DNA of 64,000 nucleotides from a virus. Its lineage: Duplodnaviria; Caudoviricetes. The notes under the pieces were generated by a model. It was not told the DNA's origin. It was given only the letters and a program-made list of their open reading frames with translations, and made no database searches. Where the stretch lies: the IMG/VR virus record IMGVR_UViG_2894352420_000001, positions 14,100-78,099 of that record; one strand, given 5' to 3'. The translations under genes and the position numbers were made by a program. Shown here piece by piece: positions 58,461-64,000 of this stretch (its first letter is position 1; each line of letters opens with the position of its first letter).

Positions 58461-58679
58461 TTACAATGCAAGCAATTTGCTTTTTGTAGTTTCGATAACC
58501 TTAGATTGTGCAGTTAAAATATGCTCCAATGTATCAGCCCTTACTTCATCACCTCCCTTTATTGCTCTCTCGTAAGTCTTATACGTATATGTGCTTTCCT
58601 TGACGGCCACCATAACTTTTCCCAGCTTTATCAACTCATTATGCCGTTCAGTTAATTTTTTATGAATTGATTTATCCAT
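58461..58679 (-). CDS. Cro-like small regulator
   Basis: Divergent from cI across the operator region. Confidence 0.5.
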   Translation of the reverse strand: MDKSIHKKLTERHNELIKLGKVMVAVKESTYTYKTYERAIKGGDEVRADTLEHILTAQSKVIETTKSKLLAL

Positions 58680-58721
58680 TTTGGTTACTTTTGTTTTAGT
58701 GTTGCACTTGTTTTGTAATTG

Positions 58722-58770
58722 ACATAGACAAATATCATAGATTTTTATCTATGAAACAAATTTTATCTAA
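58722..58770. promoter_or_regulatory. cI/cro operator region with palindrome TCATAGA-N6-TCTATGA (58736-58755) and partial copies
   Basis: Direct reading of the intergenic sequence. Confidence 0.6.
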
Positions 58771-58776
58771 GATATT

Positions 58777-59448
58777 TTGAAAAAAATTGAAAAAATATTT
58801 CAACAACTTGAATTAGAGGGACTTTCAATCACTGAATTTGAAAGGTATGCTGGAATATCCAATGGATATCTCAATAATACATTATCTAGGGATAGCGATA
58901 TTTCAGCAAAAATCTTAGACAAAATAAGGGGACATTCACCGGAAAGCTATAAAATTATTGAGCGAGCTTTGGGTGATGTTGTTCTTGGTAGCGACTTTGT
59001 TTCAGAAAATTCTCAAAAACTCACAGATTTCAAACCTAACTCGGATTTGATACCTTATTGGGAAATAGATTTTATAGCGGGAACTAATTTTGACGCAGTA
59101 GATAACCAAAGCACTGAACCAACATATTATATGGATATTCCCGACTTTCGGGGATGCACCGCATTTCGTGCATATTCAGATAGTATGGAGGGCCTGATCA
59201 AAAGTGGCTCTGTTTTATTCGGCACCAAAATTGAAAGATGGAATGAACATCTGGAATATGGTCAAGTTTATGGTATAGTATGTGATGATGGGCGTAAGTA
59301 CCTAAAGTACATCAAGCGATTTAGAGAAAATCCACTTGAATATTTCCTTCTGGAAAGCGAAAACAAATCTTACGATGAATTTGAAATGCCAAAAAGAGCG
59401 ATACGTTCCATTTGGTTAATACATGGTCATTTAAGCAAACGTATTTAA
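58777..59448 (+). CDS. CI-like repressor with S24 peptidase domain
   Basis: N-terminal HTH (TEFERYAGISNGYL); IAG, SDSM (Ser), YLKYI (Lys). Confidence 0.85.
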   Translation: MKKIEKIFQQLELEGLSITEFERYAGISNGYLNNTLSRDSDISAKILDKIRGHSPESYKIIERALGDVVLGSDFVSENSQKLTDFKPNSDLIPYWEIDFIAGTNFDAVDNQSTEPTYYMDIPDFRGCTAFRAYSDSMEGLIKSGSVLFGTKIERWNEHLEYGQVYGIVCDDGRKYLKYIKRFRENPLEYFLLESENKSYDEFEMPKRAIRSIWLIHGHLSKRI

Positions 59449-59483
59449 ACATTTTAAATAATATCACCTCTAAACAAAAAGAA

Positions 59484-60236
59484 ATGAAACATTTATTACT
59501 ACTATCAGTTTGCGCTTTACTTTTTACAGGTTGCTCAAAAAGTGAAGATAAAACACCGGAGCCGGAAACAATTATTGACTCTCCAACAATTGAATTGAAA
59601 TATGACTCTCAGCATCAGTATGCTCTAAAAAAAGGTTCAGCAGATGTATTTCCGTCTACTTTCAACTGGATTTCATCGAATGAAAAAGTAGGTAAAGTTG
59701 ATGCAAATGGCCTGTTTAAAGCAAGAAAGATTGGAGAAACGACAATAACAGGAACTGCATACGGGAAAAATGTAGAAAGTAAAGTTACGATTACTCCTTA
59801 TGTTACATTATTTACTGAACCTTACATTGAATTTGGAGCTTTAAAGGAAACTATAAAATCTAAGGAAAAAAGAAAACTTTTAACTGAGACTGCAACGGGA
59901 TTATTATATGAAGGTTCATCTATCACTCAAACTCGCGCCGTATTATATGTTTTTACAAATCAAAGATTGGCAAGTGCCGGGATTTTGTTTGAAAATGCAA
60001 CTTCAACAGTAGCTCTCTCTTCAACTTTTCTAAAAGAAAGATATCCTGATAGAGCGACAATTGATGGAAAGGTTTATATGCTTAACGATGAAAGAACATG
60101 GGGTGTGGTATTGACCGTAGATCCATCATATGGATATATGGGAGTTTATCTTCCAAATTCAACAAATGGACGAATGGTGAGTGATCAATACAATTCCGCA
60201 ATAGAATCATTTAAAAATATAATAAAACAGAACTGA
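59484..60236 (+). CDS. Surface lipoprotein with an Ig-like (Big_2) domain
   Basis: Lipobox FTG|C followed by SKSEDK; WISSNEKVGKVDANG. Confidence 0.75.
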   Translation: MKHLLLLSVCALLFTGCSKSEDKTPEPETIIDSPTIELKYDSQHQYALKKGSADVFPSTFNWISSNEKVGKVDANGLFKARKIGETTITGTAYGKNVESKVTITPYVTLFTEPYIEFGALKETIKSKEKRKLLTETATGLLYEGSSITQTRAVLYVFTNQRLASAGILFENATSTVALSSTFLKERYPDRATIDGKVYMLNDERTWGVVLTVDPSYGYMGVYLPNSTNGRMVSDQYNSAIESFKNIIKQN

Positions 60237-60471
60237 AAACATTTTCAATTCCCAATTTGACTTTATGAGTGCAGCGGGAAAAGTTGTCGACAAATGTTTT
60301 GTATCCGGAAATTTAAAAAGTGATTACTTCATCCATTTGAACGCCCCTCCTCCTATGAATAATTCCAGTAGTTTATAAATAAGTGCCGTTGCGCAAACCA
60401 GAAAAACGCATTGAACAACAGTATTAAGTTGAAGAAAATAATTTATGTAAACTTCCATATTTGTCTGAATT

Positions 60472-60891
60472 ATGAATTTTGGGAATGATAGAAAGAGAAT
60501 TATTTTACTGAGACATAAAATGGTTATATCAAAGGAAGAAGAAAGTGAATACAATAAATTAATGTCTGCTTACCCAGATAATGATATTTATGAATCTAAA
60601 CTTTATCAGGAACTGTCAGGTGTTGGATTTCTTAGGTATACCGGAAAAGATTTATTACAAAATGAAGATGGAAATTACATTGAACAAGAACCTTTCGACA
60701 ATGGCAAATATATAACAACTGTTAGCGGCGAGCTATCACTAACTAGCCTATTTGAGTCGGAGCTTCTTTCCAAAATTGAGAGCCAACGATTCAAGAAAAT
60801 TGAGAGTCTTGGGATTCTCATCGGCGGAATCGGGGGACTTATCACTTTGCTTACGTTCCTCTATCATCAAATCCAAAGATTTTTGAAGTAA
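60472..60891 (+). CDS. Hypothetical protein with C-terminal TM
   Basis: ORF track; overlaps a convergent ORF. Confidence 0.45.
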   Translation: MNFGNDRKRIILLRHKMVISKEEESEYNKLMSAYPDNDIYESKLYQELSGVGFLRYTGKDLLQNEDGNYIEQEPFDNGKYITTVSGELSLTSLFESELLSKIESQRFKKIESLGILIGGIGGLITLLTFLYHQIQRFLK

Positions 60892-61068
60892 ATCGTCGGC
60901 AAATTTATCAGCATCAGGATATGACACCATTGGCAGCTTTCCAGAATCAATAAAATTGAAAAGCATTTGTGCATGAACCATGTGTAGAATAGGAGAACGG
61001 GAGATATATGTTTCCTGCCTTGTAACAAACTCAATGCACTTAAATCGAAGTTCTTGGTCTGCATTCAT
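60748..61068 (-). CDS. Hypothetical protein
   Basis: ORF track; preceded by the (CA)n element. Confidence 0.45.
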   Translation of the reverse strand: MNADQELRFKCIEFVTRQETYISRSPILHMVHAQMLFNFIDSGKLPMVSYPDADKFADDLLQKSLDLMIEERKQSDKSPDSADENPKTLNFLESLALNFGKKLRLK

Positions 61069-61103
61069 ATTTTATAGTGTGTATTTAATAAAATGAAGAA
61101 AAA

Positions 61104-61418
61104 TTACTTCCAAAACTTGAAACTATAAAGCCACTTATACCCGAACAAACTGAAAAAATAATATCTGTTATGGCAAACATCAGCAGTCTTCTTGCGCTGA
61201 TCCAGGCCAACGTCGCGAAGTAGATTTAAGTTGGAGTTTAAAAGTTCAGCGGTGTCGATATTTCGGAATTGTGAATTTCTGGCTGTAAAAATCTCACAGA
61301 TCTTTTCGTCTTTAGAAAATAGCCTACGAATAGTGCCGATTACTTTTCCTTCATCATTTTTAACTAGCGATTCCTGTAATGACAGATTAATGAAAAGCTT
61401 TTCATTAGTAGTACTCAT
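61104..61418 (-). CDS. Hypothetical protein
   Basis: ORF track; preceded by the (CA)n element. Confidence 0.45.
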   Translation of the reverse strand: MSTTNEKLFINLSLQESLVKNDEGKVIGTIRRLFSKDEKICEIFTARNSQFRNIDTAELLNSNLNLLRDVGLDQRKKTADVCHNRYYFFSLFGYKWLYSFKFWK

Positions 61419-61475
61419 AGAAACAATTAATAATAGTGTGTGATTAATAATATAAAATTACAAAAACAATCAGCC

Positions 61476-61877
61476 ATGACAAACATCTCCGAAAGCAATT
61501 CATCTGACAATCCAAAAAGAGGCCGCGGACGACCGAAAATTTCTGATGAAAAGAAAGCAGAATCAGCAAAAGCTATGAGACAAAGGAATCCAACCAAACA
61601 GATTCCAGAGACAATCGCAATACATTCCCGATTTTTCCAGGCATATGACACTCTACTCGAAAGACACGAAAAAAGTCTCGAATTCCCTAAAATAAAAAGT
61701 ACTTATGAGTTTGTTAAAAAGTATGCAATCAATCATGGCAATTTCACCAGATTAAGAGAAATGCCTGAAAGATATGCTTTGCCTGTGATATTTATCTATT
61801 ACCTGGTTAATGATTATTCGATATCTGCTCAATGGATATTAACCGGCAATGGAGAAATGTTCGAAGAACACAATTGA
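61476..61877 (+). CDS. AT-hook plus HTH regulator (paralog of 56898-57344)
   Basis: KRGRGRPK; DYSISAQWILTGNGEMF. Confidence 0.65.
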   Translation: MTNISESNSSDNPKRGRGRPKISDEKKAESAKAMRQRNPTKQIPETIAIHSRFFQAYDTLLERHEKSLEFPKIKSTYEFVKKYAINHGNFTRLREMPERYALPVIFIYYLVNDYSISAQWILTGNGEMFEEHN

Positions 61878-61928
61878 GATTTCGGTATTTTTCAAACTAT
61901 TTCAATATAATGTAAAATTTACAATCCA

Positions 61929-63194
61929 TTACACTTGCTTTGCGCTCTCTTCTGCAATATTGTCATCTGGATAGTTTGTAAGTAAAGCTGCGTTGTTTTG
62001 ACGTTCCAATTTTTCAAATGAATCTAAATATGCCTCAGTAACTCTTACATCTGGATGCCCCAAATTTTCGGCAATGGAGGCAATATTTACACCTAATCTT
62101 TTAAGCACAGTTGCGTGGCTGTGCCGGGCAGAATAGGTGGTAAATTTTGCAATGCCTATAGAATCAGCAATTGTTTTTAGCTTTTTATTTATGCGCTTGG
62201 TAAGATCCATTATTATCAATCTTTCCTGCATTGCATCCTCTTTTCCGGTAAGATATGGGAAAATATAATCACTAGGCTTACGACCTTTTACGCCCCATCT
62301 TTCAATCATTTCGCCAACCATCGGTGTTAAAGTCGCTATTATTTCTTTCTTCTTTTTCGTAGTTCTAATGGTCTTGGCCCGGAAAAACCTAATTTCACCG
62401 TCCTTTATATTATTGTCCTTAAGTCGAACAAGGTCTCCGATGTTAATTCCATTTATTAAATAACTAAGGATCCACAAATCCCGATACCTGGCAGTTGCTT
62501 CCCATTGATCATCATACTGAATAACTTTCATTATGTCATCGCGAGTAAGAGCCATTTTACGACTCTCACCAGATGGTATTTGATATTTATCTTTACCAAA
62601 AGGATAGTCCATTGCTCTAATTATTCCTGCCTTTTTAGCTTCATTAATAATAGCTCGCAGTGTCCTCATATAAATACCAATAGTGGAATACGACATATTT
62701 CGGTCAAGCATCCACTTTTCATATTTCTTAAGCCAGTCTAATGTGACTGAATTGAATGAAATATTATCACCTGCAAACTTTTCTATACTACTTAATGTAT
62801 ATCCATAAAACAGTTGAGATCCGGCACGTTCTTCCTTTTTAAGAATCTGAATTTTAGACGCAAATGCAGAATTTAAATTGCTGTCTACTCCCTTTCCCAG
62901 CCTGATATTGAGAAGCTCAAATGAAAATCCCCCATCATTTATAAGACCTTGCGCTACTTTTGACACTAAGTTAAATGAAGTCTGAATGGCAAATTTCAAT
63001 TCGCTGGCAGCTTTACTTTTTGTCCCCGGCAAAGATTCCCACTCTTGAACAGACATATTCTTTCCAGTGGAATAATATTTCCTATCACGTTTATAAGTTA
63101 CCCTGATTTTTACTGGGAATTTTTTGTCCTTATTTGGTTTTCGAATATCTTGAATTGAAGAAATGGTAATACCGTCCTGGGAATAGCTATACAT
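61929..63194 (-). CDS. int: Tyrosine integrase (Bacteroidota type)
   Basis: FPVKIRVTYKRDRKYY arm domain; RAKT, YSARHSHAT, LGHPDVRVTEAYL. Confidence 0.93.
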   Translation of the reverse strand: MYSYSQDGITISSIQDIRKPNKDKKFPVKIRVTYKRDRKYYSTGKNMSVQEWESLPGTKSKAASELKFAIQTSFNLVSKVAQGLINDGGFSFELLNIRLGKGVDSNLNSAFASKIQILKKEERAGSQLFYGYTLSSIEKFAGDNISFNSVTLDWLKKYEKWMLDRNMSYSTIGIYMRTLRAIINEAKKAGIIRAMDYPFGKDKYQIPSGESRKMALTRDDIMKVIQYDDQWEATARYRDLWILSYLINGINIGDLVRLKDNNIKDGEIRFFRAKTIRTTKKKKEIIATLTPMVGEMIERWGVKGRKPSDYIFPYLTGKEDAMQERLIIMDLTKRINKKLKTIADSIGIAKFTTYSARHSHATVLKRLGVNIASIAENLGHPDVRVTEAYLDSFEKLERQNNAALLTNYPDDNIAEESAKQV

Positions 63195-63208
63195 TTAATT
63201 AAATTTGG

Positions 63209-63228
63209 TGCACACACGATTTGCACAC
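63209..63228 (+). repeat. Direct repeat TGCACAC x2 (candidate integrase arm-type sites)
   Basis: 63209-63215 and 63222-63228, between int and the att core. Confidence 0.45.
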
Positions 63229-63350
63229 AAATATACAAAATGCATTAAAAAATATTAAAATAAAATTCAACAAAATTGCCTTATTTGGAGTTATTTAGCC
63301 AATAAATCAAAAGTCGCAAAAAGCCTAAAAATGAACGATATAGATCAAAA

Positions 63351-63399
63351 ACAGACTCTTAATCTGTGGGTCCTGAGTTCGAACCTCAGCGGGGTCACC
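63351..63399 (+). tRNA. 3' remnant of tRNA-Lys(CTT), the prophage att core (not a complete tRNA)
   Basis: Anticodon arm ACAGA-CTCTTAA-TCTGT, T-arm CTGAG-TTCGAAC-CTCAG, acceptor 3' strand; no D-arm or 5' strand upstream. Confidence 0.85.
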
Positions 63400-63400
63400 C

Positions 63401-63442
63401 AACGGGATAAATCAGAAAATGGCTGATTTATCCCGTTTTTTT
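63401..63442 (+). terminator. Host tRNA terminator
   Basis: 15-bp stem AACGGGATAAATCAG/CTGATTTATCCCGTT plus T-run. Confidence 0.85.
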
Positions 63443-63508
63443 ATCTATCGACTATTGTTCGAAATAATTCCTCCATTCCATTCTATGACCAGTTAGCTTC
63501 TTAAATGA

Positions 63509-64000
63509 TTAGTAAATAGGGCATAGCATGGCGAATTGATTTACCTGATTACTATTTAAAATTAAATTTATTCTTAGCAGTTCTTTTGACGAGAATGCAT
63601 AATTCTGAAAGCATTTAATGGAGTCTGTTACCTGCTCTGGTTTACTTGCACCAATCAATACGGAGCTTATCCGGGGGTCCTTTAATATCCAGGCAAGTGC
63701 CATTTGTGCTAAGTTTTGTCCACGTTCTTCTGCCATTTAATTAAGCAGACGAACCTTGTTTATTTTTTCGTCCTTGATCTCGTCCTAATCAACAGCTTAG
63801 TTCCCTCTATGGCTCGCGGCTCTCGAACTGACTGGAATACCTTTCAGATATTTCTTCGTTAATAAGCCTTGTGCCAAAAGTGAAAACGGAATACAGCCCA
63901 CGCCATTTTCTTCTAAAACATCCAACAGTTCCTTTTCAACCCAACGATCCAACATAGAACACTTTGGTCTAATGTCCCATCCCAAATCGGCAAAACCCAT
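63509..64000 (-). pseudogene. Host aldo/keto reductase (MgrA/YghZ-like), disrupted
   Basis: Fragments …SMLDRWVEKELLDVL…GCIPFSLLAQGLLT… (stop at 63797) and QNLAQMALAW…VLIGASKPEQ. Confidence 0.75.

Larger units (their letters stand above)
1..63399. mobile_element. Integrated temperate prophage (siphovirus-like); left end lies outside the window, right att at the tRNA-Lys remnant
   Basis: Contiguous tail, head, terminase, portal, lysis, replication, cI/cro and integrase genes ending at a truncated tRNA 3' half. Confidence 0.95.

Noticed and set aside
60324-60554. Minus-strand 76-aa hydrophobic ORF
   Set aside because: Overlaps the start of 60472-60891; could not decide whether it is real
63351-63399. 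Complete tRNA-Lys gene
   Set aside because: No D-arm or 5' acceptor strand upstream; only the att-core remnant is present
1-64000. Active DGR with reverse transcriptase
   Set aside because: No ORF in the track shows RT motifs, and the TR is truncated; reported as a relic
1-64000. CRISPR array
   Set aside because: No regularly spaced repeat-spacer structure seen; the 19.8-22.5 kb repeats are in-frame protein repeats

Overview
Nearly the whole window (1 to ~63.4 kb) is the right-hand part of a temperate, siphovirus-type prophage in a Bacteroidota host, probably Cytophagales. The host call rests on TAnnTTTG promoters, Gln(+1) signal peptides and a Bacteroidota-type integrase. The right att site is the 3' remnant of a tRNA-Lys(CTT) at 63351-63399, followed by a host terminator and a broken aldo/keto reductase. 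Modules from left to right: tail and head genes (minus strand, 1-9.5 kb); a plus-strand late block with three related secreted proteins, lysis genes, an antisense ATPase-TOPRIM defence-like gene, a 6-repeat SGNH protein, terminase, portal, a mini-kinase and a MuF-metallopeptidase fusion; a umuD-umuC-SRAP-Fpg damage-tolerance island; replication, recombination and methylase genes; the cro/cI switch; and the integrase. The strongest finding is a relic diversity-generating retroelement. A 49-nt template-repeat fragment (50066-50114) differs from the variable repeat in gene 50138-50644 at 12 positions, all of them template adenines. The RT is absent, apparently replaced by an HTH+HNH cassette. Other unexplained structure: a (CA)n element before about 14 mostly late-gene starts, and a 4-copy ATACTTA-N5-TAAGTAT palindrome beside promoters. 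All product calls come from reading motifs by eye; no searches were run.
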